Assembly: GCA_965199495.1 (NCBI GenBank)
Contig: CBDASK010000003.1
Span: 1,696,001-1,760,000 of the forward strand
From: Abditibacterium sp.
GTDB taxonomy: Bacteria; Armatimonadota; Abditibacteriia; Abditibacteriales; Abditibacteriaceae
Length of the DNA stretch: 64,000 bases
Direction: 5' to 3'
Shown: positions 41,306 to 51,988 of the stretch, one piece after another
How the letters are laid out: each line of letters begins with the position of its first letter
How positions within the stretch are numbered: the stretch's first letter is position 1
Made by a program: the position numbers and the translations under genes
Notes under the pieces: model-generated
The model's database searches: none
Told to the model about the DNA's origin: nothing
What the model saw: only the letters and a program-made list of their open reading frames with translations

Positions 41306-42979
41306 CTACGCGATGCTGCGTTTCAATTCGTCCATTGTCTGCGGCCCCAATCCGTTCGATTGCGCGTGATCCGCGTTCTCCTGACGCTTCAAACCCGCTT
41401 CGATCAAACCGCGAAACAACGGATGCGCGCGCGTCGGGCGGCTTTTGAATTCGGGGTGAAACTGGCTGGCGATGAAAAATGGATGATCGGTCAGTTCGAT
41501 CATTTCGGCCAAACGCCCATCGGGCGAGAGGCCCGACATTACCAAACCGGCCTTGGTCAAATCGCGGTGATAACGCGGATTGACTTCGTAGCGATGGCGA
41601 TGGCGTTCCAAAACCATATCGCGACCGTAAAGTTTGAAGGCGAGCGTATCGTGCGGAATTTCGCACGGATAGGCGCCCACGCGCATGGTACCGCCTTTGT
41701 GCGTGATGGCGCGTTGCGCCTTCAAAATCGCGATCACCGGATGTGTGGTTTCGGGATTGAACTCGGTCGAGTGCGCGTCTTCCATGCCCGCCACGTTGCG
41801 CGCGAATTCGATGACGGCGGTTTGAAGTCCCAGACACAAGCCCAAAAACGGCAAACCGGTTTCGCGCGCGATGCGAATCGCCTCGATTTTGCCTTCGACG
41901 CCGCGCTCGCCAAAGCCACCGGGCACGACCAAAGCGTCCACATCTTCCAGTTCGGCGGCGATGCCCGCTTTATCTTCCGAGTTAATCCACTTGATTTCGG
42001 CCTCGGCGTCGCATTCCAACGCGCCATGTTCGATGGCCTCGACGACCGAAATATAAGTGTCGGGCTGCGCGGCGTGCTCCATATATTTGCCGCATATTGC
42101 GACCGTAAGCTTGCGTTTCGGGTGCATCACCGAATGCGAAATGCGCTCCCATTCGGTCAAATCGGGCGCAGTGTCGGGCAAGCCCAAACGCTTCAAAACT
42201 TTGCTCGAAAAACCCTGTTTCTCGAACGTCATCGGCAAATGATAAACGTGCTGCGCGTCCAAACCTTCGATGATACCGTCTTTGGCGATGTCGCAGTAAA
42301 GCGCGATTTTGCCTTTCATTTCGTCCGACATCGGCATTTTGGTGCGGCAAATCAAGATGTCGGGCGTGATGCCGATGTTGCGCAGTTCCCGAACGCTGTG
42401 CTGCGTCGGTTTTGTTTTCATCTCGTTCTTCGGGCCGACGAACGGCACCAGCGTGACGTGAACATACATCACGTTTTCGGCGCCCTCGTCCATCTTCATC
42501 TGGCGAATCGCTTCGGTGAAGGGCAGCGATTCGATGTCGCCGATGGTGCCGCCGATTTCGATAATCGCCACGTCGGCGTCGTTTTCGGCGGCGTTGGCGC
42601 GAATCCGATCTTTGATTTCGTCGGTGACGTGCGGGATGACCTGAACCGTGTGGCCCAAATAATCGCCGCGCCGCTCGCGCTCGATGACCGTGCTATACAC
42701 CACACCCGTCGTCATATTGGACAATTTGCCCAGATTCTGGTCAACGAAACGTTCGTAGTGACCCAAATCCAGGTCAGTTTCGGCGCCGTCTTCGGTCACG
42801 AAAACCTCGCCGTGCTGGTGCGGGTTCATGGTGCCCGCATCCACGTTGAGATACGGGTCAATTTTTTGAATGGAAACTTTGAGGCCGCGCGCCTTGAGCA
42901 ATGTGCCCAGACACGCCGTGGCGATACCTTTGCCGATGGACGACACCACGCCGCCGGTTACGAAAACATATTTAGTCAT
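41306..42979 (-). CDS. pyrG: CTP synthase
   Basis: TGGVVSSIGKG, KTKPTQHSV, GLCLG, ERHRHRYE, QFHPE. Confidence 0.98.
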   Translation of the reverse strand: MTKYVFVTGGVVSSIGKGIATACLGTLLKARGLKVSIQKIDPYLNVDAGTMNPHQHGEVFVTEDGAETDLDLGHYERFVDQNLGKLSNMTTGVVYSTVIERERRGDYLGHTVQVIPHVTDEIKDRIRANAAENDADVAIIEIGGTIGDIESLPFTEAIRQMKMDEGAENVMYVHVTLVPFVGPKNEMKTKPTQHSVRELRNIGITPDILICRTKMPMSDEMKGKIALYCDIAKDGIIEGLDAQHVYHLPMTFEKQGFSSKVLKRLGLPDTAPDLTEWERISHSVMHPKRKLTVAICGKYMEHAAQPDTYISVVEAIEHGALECDAEAEIKWINSEDKAGIAAELEDVDALVVPGGFGERGVEGKIEAIRIARETGLPFLGLCLGLQTAVIEFARNVAGMEDAHSTEFNPETTHPVIAILKAQRAITHKGGTMRVGAYPCEIPHDTLAFKLYGRDMVLERHRHRYEVNPRYHRDLTKAGLVMSGLSPDGRLAEMIELTDHPFFIASQFHPEFKSRPTRAHPLFRGLIEAGLKRQENADHAQSNGLGPQTMDELKRSIA

Positions 42980-43082
42980 GCGAATCACGATTTGAGAGGG
43001 AAAGGCGCGGGCGCCCGATAGATTTTACCAAAGAATGCTTATCTCTTTAGGGTGCGAACCCATAAAACAGCCCCACGCAACC

Positions 43083-43121
43083 AAACGGCGCTCGCTTTTT
43101 CAGAAAAAGCGAGCGCCGTTT
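43083..43121. terminator. Intrinsic terminator hairpin
   Basis: AAACGGCGCTCGCTTTTT-CAG-AAAAAGCGAGCGCCGTTT. Confidence 0.7.
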
Positions 43122-43151
43122 TAGGGGACTTAACGTGTTATCTCCGCAAAT

Positions 43152-43601
43152 TTACATTGCATGTGCTGGAGCTTGCGCGCCGCGTCCACCCTTGCCGCCA
43201 GCTCCACGTTCGGCCTGCATTTTGGCTTTCATCGCGGCCATTTTCTTCTGCTGGTCGGGCGTCAAAATAGCGTTGATTTTCTTTTCGTTGGCCGCGCGCA
43301 TCGCTTTCATTTTGGCCATTTTAGCTTTGGGATCCGTCGTGGTGTCGGCGCGCATCGCTTTCATCGCGTTGCGTTGCGCTTCCATAATCGGCTTGAGCTT
43401 GGCCTTTTGTGCGTCGGTCAGGTTCAAATCTTTCATCATTCTCATGCCGCCGCCGCGCATGCCGTCTCGTCCATTTGGGCCGGGCTTGCCCGCTTTGCCG
43501 TTGGCGCCGGGCGCCGCGTGCGCCGAAGTAGTCAGCAATCCGCCGCACAGCGACAGACCAAGCATCAAAGCGCCAACGCGCAGGTGAGATTTCAAATTCA
43601 T
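43152..43601 (-). CDS. Spy/CpxP-like periplasmic protein
   Basis: Signal peptide; two LTxxQ motifs (LTDAQK, LTPDQQ). Confidence 0.8.
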   Translation of the reverse strand: MNLKSHLRVGALMLGLSLCGGLLTTSAHAAPGANGKAGKPGPNGRDGMRGGGMRMMKDLNLTDAQKAKLKPIMEAQRNAMKAMRADTTTDPKAKMAKMKAMRAANEKKINAILTPDQQKKMAAMKAKMQAERGAGGKGGRGAQAPAHAM

Positions 43602-43749
43602 AATTTAGGTTTTCCTTGAATTGCGCAGCGACTTCCAACAACTGTCTCCGCGATTACAAAAAGTTAGACGCGCTTTATTTCGCTCGCGTTTCCGGCATGG
43701 GCGTGAACAAATCTGACGAAAACTGCGCGCTTGCGACAAACTACGATCT

Positions 43750-44079
43750 ATGGCCGAAACCATCTTTGGAAAAATCGCGCGCGGCGAAATCGAAGTGCCA
43801 CTGCTCTATCAAGACGACATTTGCGTCGCCTTCGCTGACAACGCGCCGCAAGCGCCGGTTCATCTGCTCGTCATTCCGCGCGAACCATTCGAGGATATTA
43901 CCGAAGTTGACGAGCCAATTATCGCGCGTGTCATGGCGGTGGCTGCTCGATTGGGCGCGGAAAAATGCCCCGACGGTTTTCGCCTCGTCACCAATACCGG
44001 TGCCGATGCCGGGCAATCGGTGCAACATTGGCACGTTCACGTTCTGGGCGGGCGCGAATTAAGCTGGCCGCCGGGCTGA
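43750..44079 (+). CDS. HIT-family nucleotide-binding protein (HinT-like)
   Basis: TIFGKI, PQAPVH, HWHVHVLGGR...WPPG. Confidence 0.93.
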   Translation: MAETIFGKIARGEIEVPLLYQDDICVAFADNAPQAPVHLLVIPREPFEDITEVDEPIIARVMAVAARLGAEKCPDGFRLVTNTGADAGQSVQHWHVHVLGGRELSWPPG

Positions 44080-44151
44080 GCCACCGATAGCAGCCACGGC
44101 GGCGGGCGGCTCGTTTGAGGCGCGCGGTTAAACTGAATTAGGGATCACAAA

Positions 44152-44604
44152 ATGAATTTACTCGAACAGATAACCGAAGATTATAAAGCCGCCATGAAGA
44201 GCGGCGACGCGACGCGCAAAATGACGCTGTCGGGACTTCGCGCCGCCTTCAAAAGCGCCGAAATTGACGCGCGTGGCACCGACAAAGTCGTGGACGACGA
44301 GACTTATCAAGCCGTCATCGAAAAAGAAGCGAAAAAGCGCCGCGAAAGCATCGAAGAGTTCACCAAAGCGAACCGAACCGACTTGGCCGACAAAGAAAGC
44401 GCCGAACTCGAAGTGCTCAAAGCCTATTTGCCAGAGCAAATGACCGACGAAGAACTGCAAGCGATGGTGACGCAAGTCATCGCGCAAACCGGAGCCAACT
44501 CGCCCAAAGATATGGGCCGCGTGATGGGCGTTCTGGTGCCGCGCATTCAGGGCCGCGCCGATGGCAAGTTGGCCTCGAAATTGGTGCGCGAAGCGTTGGC
44601 TTAA
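44152..44604 (+). CDS. GatB/YqeY domain protein
   Basis: AMKSGD, KRRESI, YLPEQM, KDMGRVMG. Confidence 0.93.
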   Translation: MNLLEQITEDYKAAMKSGDATRKMTLSGLRAAFKSAEIDARGTDKVVDDETYQAVIEKEAKKRRESIEEFTKANRTDLADKESAELEVLKAYLPEQMTDEELQAMVTQVIAQTGANSPKDMGRVMGVLVPRIQGRADGKLASKLVREALA

Positions 44605-44616
44605 CCTTAATTTACC

Positions 44617-45603
44617 GTGGAAAAAATCGAAATCTCCGTGCCCGCGCCGACTTCTGAGGCGGCGCGTCTGGTCTTTGGCGTCAACGACGAAACGCGCAAA
44701 CTCATCGAGCGTGAGCTGCCGGTTTCTCTCAAACTGCGCGACGAGGCCGTAGTTATCAGCGGCGACCAAACCGCCGCCGAACGCGCCGCCACTCTGCTGG
44801 CCGATTTGCTCGGCATCGCGCAGGACAGTTTGAAAGGCGGGCGCGCGCTGGCGCTCCCGGACATCAAATATCTGCTGCGCCAGACCAAGGGCGGAGAAAT
44901 CGTCAAAGGCGGCGCCAAAAAGATGATGTCCGATATTTTGGTCACCACCGAACGCGGCAAACCCATCGGCCCGCGCACCGCCGGGCAGAAAGAATATGTG
45001 GACGCCCTGCGCGAAAGCGAAATGGTTTTCGCGATAGGCCCAGCGGGCACCGGAAAAACGTACCTCGCTGTTGCCGCCGCCGTGGCTGCTCTCAAGAACA
45101 AGCAAGTCGCGCGCATTATTTTGACGCGTCCCGCCGTCGAAGCGGGCGAGCGATTGGGCTTTTTGCCGGGCGATTTGGAAGCCAAAATCGATCCATATTT
45201 GCGCCCGCTCTACGACGCGCTTTATGATTTGATGGACATGGAAAAGGCGCAAAAACTGTTCGAGCGCAAAGTCATCGAAATCGCGCCATTGGCTTATATG
45301 CGCGGGCGCACTTTGAATGACGCGTTCGTGATTTTGGACGAAGCGCAAAACGCGACCGGGCCGCAAATGAAAATGTTTCTGACGCGTCTGGGCTTTGGCT
45401 CGCGCATGGTGATAACGGGCGATGTGACGCAAACCGATTTGCCGCGCGGCGAAGAATCGGGCCTCAAGGCGGCGGCGCGCGTGTTGCCGGGCGTGCCGGG
45501 CATCGGCTTCGTGTTTCTGGGTCAGGCCGACGTGGTTCGTCACAATTTGGTGCAACGCATTATCGAGGCTTACGACCAAAACGATTATCCCGAACGCGGT
45601 TAG
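44617..45603 (+). CDS. phoH: PhoH-like ATPase
   Basis: GPAGTGKT, RPAVEAGERLGFLPG, YMRGRT, DEAQN. Confidence 0.95.
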   Translation: MEKIEISVPAPTSEAARLVFGVNDETRKLIERELPVSLKLRDEAVVISGDQTAAERAATLLADLLGIAQDSLKGGRALALPDIKYLLRQTKGGEIVKGGAKKMMSDILVTTERGKPIGPRTAGQKEYVDALRESEMVFAIGPAGTGKTYLAVAAAVAALKNKQVARIILTRPAVEAGERLGFLPGDLEAKIDPYLRPLYDALYDLMDMEKAQKLFERKVIEIAPLAYMRGRTLNDAFVILDEAQNATGPQMKMFLTRLGFGSRMVITGDVTQTDLPRGEESGLKAAARVLPGVPGIGFVFLGQADVVRHNLVQRIIEAYDQNDYPERG

Positions 45604-45725
45604 CCGATATTCCTGTTGACAGAAATTTCGTTTTTATCCGCGCGAATTTGGGACGCCATTTCAGTTGAGTCGTCTGAAATTTCCCAATATAACGCCAATT
45701 GTTCCGATGATTGCGCGTTTTGCCC

Positions 45726-48341
45726 ATGAATTCCCCTCTCAAGCCCGACGATAACGCGCGCGCGCCGCTCAACTTGGAGTTGCTACGCGGCGGCCCAATC
45801 TCAATTGAGGAGAAGGGGGCGAGCGCGGAACAACACAAACGCGAAACCGAAATCGCGCGCGCCTTGGAGAAAGCCACCGGCAGCGAATTGTCGCCCGAAG
45901 CTATCGAAGCCTTGGCTTCCGAAGCGCCGCTCATTCCGCCGCGCGAGCCGGTGGGCGCGCGGTTGGCGAATTATCTGGGGCGCCACCAACTGCTGTTGTT
46001 CGTGCTGTCGTTTTTCGCGTTGTGGGCGATTGTCATCGTGCCGACGCCGGGCGCCGACCGCGATTTGGCGCCCGGTTTGGTCGCGCCGCGCGACGTAATC
46101 GCGCCGCACAACGCGTTTTTGCCCGACGAGGCCGAAACCGCCAAACGCCGCGAGGCCGCCGCCGCGCTCGTCACGCCCGCCTACGATCCCAATCCCGGCG
46201 CGTTGGGCCAAGCGCTCATCGAGTTGCCCGCGCTCGCGGGCAAACTGCGCGCGGCCACGCAAGCGGCGCGCGCCGTGCCCGCTCCAATCGCGAACGCGCC
46301 CAAGGTGCCCGCGAAAGTGGGCGTTAAAACAACCCCGAACAAAACGCCAACTCAAACTGCGCTTCGAACTTTCCAAAAAATCAGCGATTGGAAAATCGCG
46401 CCCGCGACGTTGCCGCTATTACTGCGCGTTCAAGACGACCAATGGCAAACCGTGGACGCCGCCGCGACCAGCGCGGTGCGCGCGGCCTATCTGCGCGGGC
46501 GCATTCGCTCCGATGTCGCGCCCGATGCCGAGGGCGTGCGCCCGCTTTTGCGCGCGCAAATCGAAACGTTCGGCGTGCAAATTCCGCTCTCCAACGGCGA
46601 AAAAGCCGCCGCGTTGTTATTGGCGTCGCACGTCGCGAGTGTGCCGAATGTGATGGTGAATCAGGAAAAAACCGACGACGCGCGCCGTGATGCGCGCGCG
46701 GCGGTTTTGCCGGTTTACACGCACATCGAGGCCAACGCGCCGCTCGTGCGGCAGGGCGAGCGCATCTCGAACGAGCAGTGGGCGCAGTTGCAATCGCTGG
46801 GCGTCGTCGCGCCGCAATTTTCGCCGCTCACCGCTTTAGCGATTGGCGCGTTATGTCTGATGTTAGTTTCGGGCGCGGCAGCCTACATCGGCGGCGGGCG
46901 GCGCGAAGTGTTGGAACGGCCAGCGGCTCTGTGGCTGGTTTCGGTCGTGCCCATCGTTTTTCTGCTGGCGTTTCGCCTGATTTTACGGGTGCCCCACGCC
47001 GATTTCTTGATGATCGCGTTGGCAGCCACGGCGGCGATGTTGTTGACGATTCTGCTCGATATGCGCTTGGGCGTGCCCGCCGGGTTCGTCGTGGCTGCTC
47101 TGGCCGCGCTGATGGCGCGCGCCGACGCCGAGCTGTTTTTGGCCGCGACGTTATCGGCGTGGATCGGCGCTCTCTTGGTCGCGCGCTTCTCATCGCGCTT
47201 TGCCTTGCTGCGCGCGATTGTGATTTTAGGTTTGATTAACGGGATTTTGGCGGGCGCGCTGGGCGTTTTGCGCGAGGCGCCGCTCGAAGAATTGATGTCG
47301 AGCGTCGCGTGGGATGTGCTGGCGGGCGGCGCTTCGGTTTTGGTGGCGGCGGGCTTGGCGATTTTCCTCGAACGCCCGTTTGGCATCACGTCGCATTTGC
47401 GCTTGCTCGAACTTTTGGCACCCGATGAAGCCGTTGTGCGCCGCATGCAGGTCGAGGCACCCGGCACTTATACGCACTCGCTGATGGTCGCGAATTTAGC
47501 CGAAGCCGCCGCCAAACGCGTCGGCGCCGATTCGCTGCTCTGCCGCGTCGCCGGTTTGTATCACGATATTGGCAAACTGCGGCGCCCGCACTGTTTTATC
47601 GAAAACCAGTGCGGCGACAATATCCACGACCGCTTGTCGCCCGGACTTTCGGCATTGCTGATTAAAGCCCACGTCAAAGACGGGCTGGAACTGGGGCGCG
47701 CGATTCGGTTGCCGTCGCCGGTGTTGGAAGTCATCGCGTCGCATCACGGCAAAAGCACGGTCGCTTATTTTCTGCATCGCGCCAAACAAATGGCGGGCGA
47801 TGGTGGCGTGGACGAAAAAATCTATCGTTATTCCGGCCCGCGCCCGCGTTCGCGCGAGGCGGCGATTGTCTTGTTGGCTGATTCGCTCGAAGCCTCGACG
47901 CGCTCGATTCCGCATCTGACGCCCGACGGTTTGGACGCGCACATCGAAAAAATCGTCGAGTGCCGCATTCGCGAGGGCGAGCTGAGCGAATCGGAGTTGT
48001 CGTTGCGCGAAATCGGCGAAATTCGCGAGGCGTTCGCGGTCACGATGCGCGGCGCGATGCACGGGCGCATCGCCTATCCAGACGCGCAAAAAGTCGAGAC
48101 CGACAAAGATTGGGTTTCGCAGAAATTGGGCGAACGGCGCCGTTCGTCGCGCGCGGAAAATGGCGCGCAAGTCGCAACGAACGCGCAAAACAGTCAAAAT
48201 AAAGAGGGCAACGCGCCCAACCTCAACCCCGCGCTCTCCAAACGCGCGCGCCGCCGCGCTCAAAAAAATGCCTCCCCCCCAAGCCTCGAATCCCCAACGC
48301 CCGAACCCGCAGACCGCCAGCGAACTGCAGGCCGCGACTGA
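45726..48341 (+). CDS. 7TM-HDIG phosphohydrolase (PgpH-like c-di-AMP phosphodiesterase)
   Basis: Extracellular domain, TM bundle, APGTYTHS, YHDIGK, FIENQ, HHG, LADSLEA; phoH-x-ybeY synteny. Confidence 0.88.
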   Translation: MNSPLKPDDNARAPLNLELLRGGPISIEEKGASAEQHKRETEIARALEKATGSELSPEAIEALASEAPLIPPREPVGARLANYLGRHQLLLFVLSFFALWAIVIVPTPGADRDLAPGLVAPRDVIAPHNAFLPDEAETAKRREAAAALVTPAYDPNPGALGQALIELPALAGKLRAATQAARAVPAPIANAPKVPAKVGVKTTPNKTPTQTALRTFQKISDWKIAPATLPLLLRVQDDQWQTVDAAATSAVRAAYLRGRIRSDVAPDAEGVRPLLRAQIETFGVQIPLSNGEKAAALLLASHVASVPNVMVNQEKTDDARRDARAAVLPVYTHIEANAPLVRQGERISNEQWAQLQSLGVVAPQFSPLTALAIGALCLMLVSGAAAYIGGGRREVLERPAALWLVSVVPIVFLLAFRLILRVPHADFLMIALAATAAMLLTILLDMRLGVPAGFVVAALAALMARADAELFLAATLSAWIGALLVARFSSRFALLRAIVILGLINGILAGALGVLREAPLEELMSSVAWDVLAGGASVLVAAGLAIFLERPFGITSHLRLLELLAPDEAVVRRMQVEAPGTYTHSLMVANLAEAAAKRVGADSLLCRVAGLYHDIGKLRRPHCFIENQCGDNIHDRLSPGLSALLIKAHVKDGLELGRAIRLPSPVLEVIASHHGKSTVAYFLHRAKQMAGDGGVDEKIYRYSGPRPRSREAAIVLLADSLEASTRSIPHLTPDGLDAHIEKIVECRIREGELSESELSLREIGEIREAFAVTMRGAMHGRIAYPDAQKVETDKDWVSQKLGERRRSSRAENGAQVATNAQNSQNKEGNAPNLNPALSKRARRRAQKNASPPSLESPTPEPADRQRTAGRD

Positions 48342-48432
48342 CGACCCGCGAAGTCGAAAATCGGCGCCCAAATCTGCGCGCGCTTCGACACTTTTAACGC
48401 CCGCGCTCAAACCTCGCATTTCGCCGTATTGG

Positions 48433-49014
48433 ATGGACGAATCCACGCGGGTTTATCGAAAAATACGCGCGACGCCGCCCATCGAATTGTCCGACGGAAC
48501 AACCGCCGACTGGCCTTTGACTAACACGTTGACGGCGGCGATACGCGCGGCATTGCAACAAACGTTTGGCAACGTCGCGCCCAACGCGCTGAACAATTCG
48601 CCGCTTCATCCCGCCCTACTCGAACAGATTGAGCAACGCCAAAATCAGGGTTACGGATTCGAGATTCAGGTCGGCGTTTTCGACGACGAAACGATTCAAC
48701 AGACCAACCTTCAATATCGCGACAAAGACAAAGCGACTGACGTTTTATCGTTTTCGCCGTGGGAAGGCATCGCATTTCCTTCGCCGCCCGACGAGTCTTA
48801 CATCATGCTGGGCGATGTGGTCATTTCCATCGAAACTGCGATTCGTCAGGCGCGCGAATTGAAACACGATTTGCGCGCCGAAGTCGCGTTTTTGGCGGTT
48901 CACGGTGCCCTGCATTTGCTGGGCTACGATCACGGAAACGATACGCAGCGCCGCAAGATGTTCGCGATGCAAGATGAAATTGTGGCCCGCGTGCGGGAGG
49001 CCAAAGGATTTTAA
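48433..49014 (+). CDS. ybeY: rRNA maturation endoribonuclease
   Basis: NLQYRDKDKATDVLSF, LGDVVIS, HGALHLLGYDH. Confidence 0.93.
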   Translation: MDESTRVYRKIRATPPIELSDGTTADWPLTNTLTAAIRAALQQTFGNVAPNALNNSPLHPALLEQIEQRQNQGYGFEIQVGVFDDETIQQTNLQYRDKDKATDVLSFSPWEGIAFPSPPDESYIMLGDVVISIETAIRQARELKHDLRAEVAFLAVHGALHLLGYDHGNDTQRRKMFAMQDEIVARVREAKGF

Positions 49015-49025
49015 CTTCCTCGGCG

Positions 49026-50372
49026 TTGCTGATAATTGCCGCTCTGTGCGGCGTGACTGAAGCGATTTTCACCGCGCTTGAAGTCGCGCTGGGCACGGTT
49101 TCGCGCGCCCGTTTGCGCGCCCTACAAAGCGCCGCGCGCGAAGAAGCAAGCGTTTCGCCCGCCACGCTCCGCCAGACCGACCGCGTTTTGGAATTGCTCG
49201 AACGGCCCGACCGTTTGGCGCTGTTGTTCATCACCATCACTTCGCTGAGTTTGTGGCTCGCCGCTTCGCTGCTGACGTGGAATTCGATTGCCCAGGATTG
49301 GCCGTTATGGGTTTTGCCGCTCGCGCTCGTCGGACTGTTATTCGTCGCCGAAGTTTTGCCCTTACTTATCGCCGCGCGCCACGCCGAAGCGATTGCCCTG
49401 CGCGGCAACGGGTTAATCCGATTTTCGCTGAAACTTTGGTCGCCAATTTTAGCGGTTTTGGGCGGCATCGCTTTCGGCATGGCGCGCACGTTGGGCAGCG
49501 GCCCCGACGCGCGGCCCGATGTGACTGAAGGCGAATTGCGCACGGCACTCGCCGCCGCCGAAGAAGAGGGCGTCATCGAGAGCGACGAGCGCGCTTTGAT
49601 CGAAGGCGCGATGGATTTTCGCGAGAAAGTCGTGCGCGAAGTGATGACGCCGCGCCCCGACATCATCGGCATTTCCGCCGACGCAACGCTCGCGCAAGCG
49701 CTCGAAACCGCGCTGGGTCAAGGCCATTCGCGCCTGCCGGTTTACGAAGGCAGTTTGGATAAAATCGTCGGCGTTCTGGCGGCTAAAGATGTGTTACCGT
49801 TCTTGAAAAACGGCGACAGCCTCAAAACCGCGCGCGAAGTGGCGCGCGCGGCTTACTTTGTGCCCCAAACCAAAAAGCTGACTTCGATGCTGGACGAACT
49901 GCGGCGTGGGCGCACTTTGCTCGCGATTGTGGTGGACGAAAATGGCGGCACCGCCGGGCTGGTAACGTTGGAAGATTTAATCGAGGAATTGGTCGGCGAA
50001 ATTCAGGATGAATACGATTTGGAAGAAGCGCCATTGCGCATCGTCGAAGAGGCAGAGGCGCCAACCGTATTGTGCGACGCCAGCGCGACCGCCCGCGATT
50101 TTCGGCGCTTTTTCGGGCGCCAGTTCAAGATGGTGGCCACGCTACGCGACGCCGACGGCGACCGCGTTGAATCGGGCGAAACTCTGGCGGCGCTGGCGCT
50201 CGAACTGTTCGCCGATGTGCCCAGCGAAGGCGATACCATCGCGGCGGGCGACGCCGTGGCTGTTACGCCCGACATCCGCGCGCAGTTCGGTTTGCAACTG
50301 CAAATCGTGAAAATGGACGGGCCGCGCATCGAAGAAGTGAAAATTACACTGATGGAAGAAACCCACTCGTAG
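49026..50372 (+). CDS. CNNM/CBS-domain membrane protein (TlyC/CorC family), copy 1
   Basis: AEVLP, VMTPR, HSRLPVY, GLVTLEDLIEELVGEIQDE. Confidence 0.9.
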   Translation: MLIIAALCGVTEAIFTALEVALGTVSRARLRALQSAAREEASVSPATLRQTDRVLELLERPDRLALLFITITSLSLWLAASLLTWNSIAQDWPLWVLPLALVGLLFVAEVLPLLIAARHAEAIALRGNGLIRFSLKLWSPILAVLGGIAFGMARTLGSGPDARPDVTEGELRTALAAAEEEGVIESDERALIEGAMDFREKVVREVMTPRPDIIGISADATLAQALETALGQGHSRLPVYEGSLDKIVGVLAAKDVLPFLKNGDSLKTAREVARAAYFVPQTKKLTSMLDELRRGRTLLAIVVDENGGTAGLVTLEDLIEELVGEIQDEYDLEEAPLRIVEEAEAPTVLCDASATARDFRRFFGRQFKMVATLRDADGDRVESGETLAALALELFADVPSEGDTIAAGDAVAVTPDIRAQFGLQLQIVKMDGPRIEEVKITLMEETHS

Positions 50373-50469
50373 AGACGCCGATTTATCGCGTCTAAAACGT
50401 CGAACTTGCCGTTACTTTGGAATAACCCTACCATTTTAGACGCGATAAATCGGCGTCTCTACGAGTGGG
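50362..50469. repeat. REP doublet family B
   Basis: 50362-50397 is the exact reverse complement of 50434-50469. Confidence 0.9.
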
Positions 50470-50493
50470 ATTGCCAAGTGTTAGAACCAACCA

Positions 50494-51774
50494 ATGTTCC
50501 CGCTCTATCCGATTTTACTATTCGTCGCGCTTTTGCTCGTCGCGCTGTTCGCCGCGTCCGAGGCGGCGCTGGCGGCGACCAATCGCGTGCGGTTGCGCCA
50601 TTTGCTGCGCAATCAGACCGAGGAAAACGCGATATCGGCGCCCAGCGATTTGTCGCGCGACGCGCAATCGTTTATCGCCACCGTCACCATCGCGGCCAAT
50701 ATTCCGCTCGTCATCGCGGCGTGTCTGGCGCTTTTGCTCGGCCTTGAATACTTCGGCAACCCCGGCGCTTTAGTTCTGTCGGCGGGCATCGCGTTGCTCA
50801 CCGTTGCGCTGTTTCAGGTCACGCCGCGTTTGTTAGTTTCGGCGCCCGGCGCGATGGAACGGTTGTGGTGGCTGCAACCGGCGCGCTTGCTCGTCGCGAT
50901 TTTGCGGCCCGGCGTCAGCATATTGCTGTTCGTGGGCCGCTTGGTTTTGGCGCCGTTGGGTCTGCTCGATGCGCCGCGCGCGCGCGATGCAGCCACGGGC
51001 GACGAGGAGATTCGCGATTTGGTCGAAGCGGCGGGCGCCAAAGGCGCTTTGAGCGAATCGCGCGAACTCATCGAAAGCATTTTCACCTTTGGCGACACGC
51101 GCGTTCACGAAGTGATGATTCCACGTCCCGACATCATCGCCCTCCCGCAGGAAGCCAACGCCGCGCGCGTGATGCAAATTTTCGAGGAAACCGGCGCCTC
51201 GCGCGTGCCGCTTTATGAAGGTTCGATTGACCAAGTCGTCGGCATTTTGCACGTCAAAGACGTGTTGGCGCAATTGAAAGACGGCCAGCGCGATTTCGAT
51301 CCGCGCTTGATGTTGCGCACGCCGCTTTACGTGCCGGAATCGCAAAAAATCGAGACCGCCTTGGCCGCGATGCGCGCACAAAAAACGCACTTGGCGATTG
51401 TGATTGACGAATTCGGCGGCACCGCCGGACTTTTAACGGTCGAAGATATTTTGGAAGAGTTGGTCGGAGAAATCGCCGACGAACACGACCGCCGCGACGA
51501 ATCGCTGGCGATTTTGGACGAACACACCGCGCTCGCCGACGCGCGTTTGCACGCCTCGGAACTCGAAGCGGCGTGGGGTCTGGCGTTGCCGTATGACGAA
51601 TTCGATACCATCGGCGGCATTATGATCGAGAAGTTGGGCCGCGAACTCAAAGTCGGCGACCAACTGCAACTGCCGGGCGCACTACTCACGGTTTATTCGA
51701 CGCGCGGACGGCGTCCGCACAAAATTCATATCGCGCGCCGTGAAACCGCAACGCCCGCAGACGAAGCGGGATAA
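50494..51774 (+). CDS. CNNM/CBS-domain membrane protein, copy 2
   Basis: FAASEAAL, VMIPR, SRVPLY, TVEDILEELVGEI. Confidence 0.9.
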   Translation: MFPLYPILLFVALLLVALFAASEAALAATNRVRLRHLLRNQTEENAISAPSDLSRDAQSFIATVTIAANIPLVIAACLALLLGLEYFGNPGALVLSAGIALLTVALFQVTPRLLVSAPGAMERLWWLQPARLLVAILRPGVSILLFVGRLVLAPLGLLDAPRARDAATGDEEIRDLVEAAGAKGALSESRELIESIFTFGDTRVHEVMIPRPDIIALPQEANAARVMQIFEETGASRVPLYEGSIDQVVGILHVKDVLAQLKDGQRDFDPRLMLRTPLYVPESQKIETALAAMRAQKTHLAIVIDEFGGTAGLLTVEDILEELVGEIADEHDRRDESLAILDEHTALADARLHASELEAAWGLALPYDEFDTIGGIMIEKLGRELKVGDQLQLPGALLTVYSTRGRRPHKIHIARRETATPADEAG

Positions 51775-51803
51775 AACAAACCGCGTGTTGCGCCCTTGTT
51801 GTT

Positions 51804-51901
51804 CGTAGAGACGGCGATTTATCGCGTCTGAAAACCTCCGATTTGCTTCAACTCATTGGTAAATCGGACGTTTTTAGACGCGATAAATCGCCGTCTCTAC
51901 G
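51804..51901. repeat. REP doublet family B
   Basis: CGTAGAGACGGCGATTTATCGCGTCT ... AGACGCGATAAATCGCCGTCTCTACG. Confidence 0.9.
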
Positions 51902-51988
51902 GAATGCGCGTCATTCTCGAACGTAAATTTTTCTTAATTGCCGCCGCGCGTGGCTGTGGTTATGGTCAAACTGTCGTCTTATTCGATT

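Noticed and set aside
41360..43021. Long antisense ORFs (also 44158-45579, 55857-57305, 31603-32895, 35906-37246, 27754-28809)
   Set aside because: Shadows of well-supported genes on the opposite strand in GC-rich DNA; no motifs
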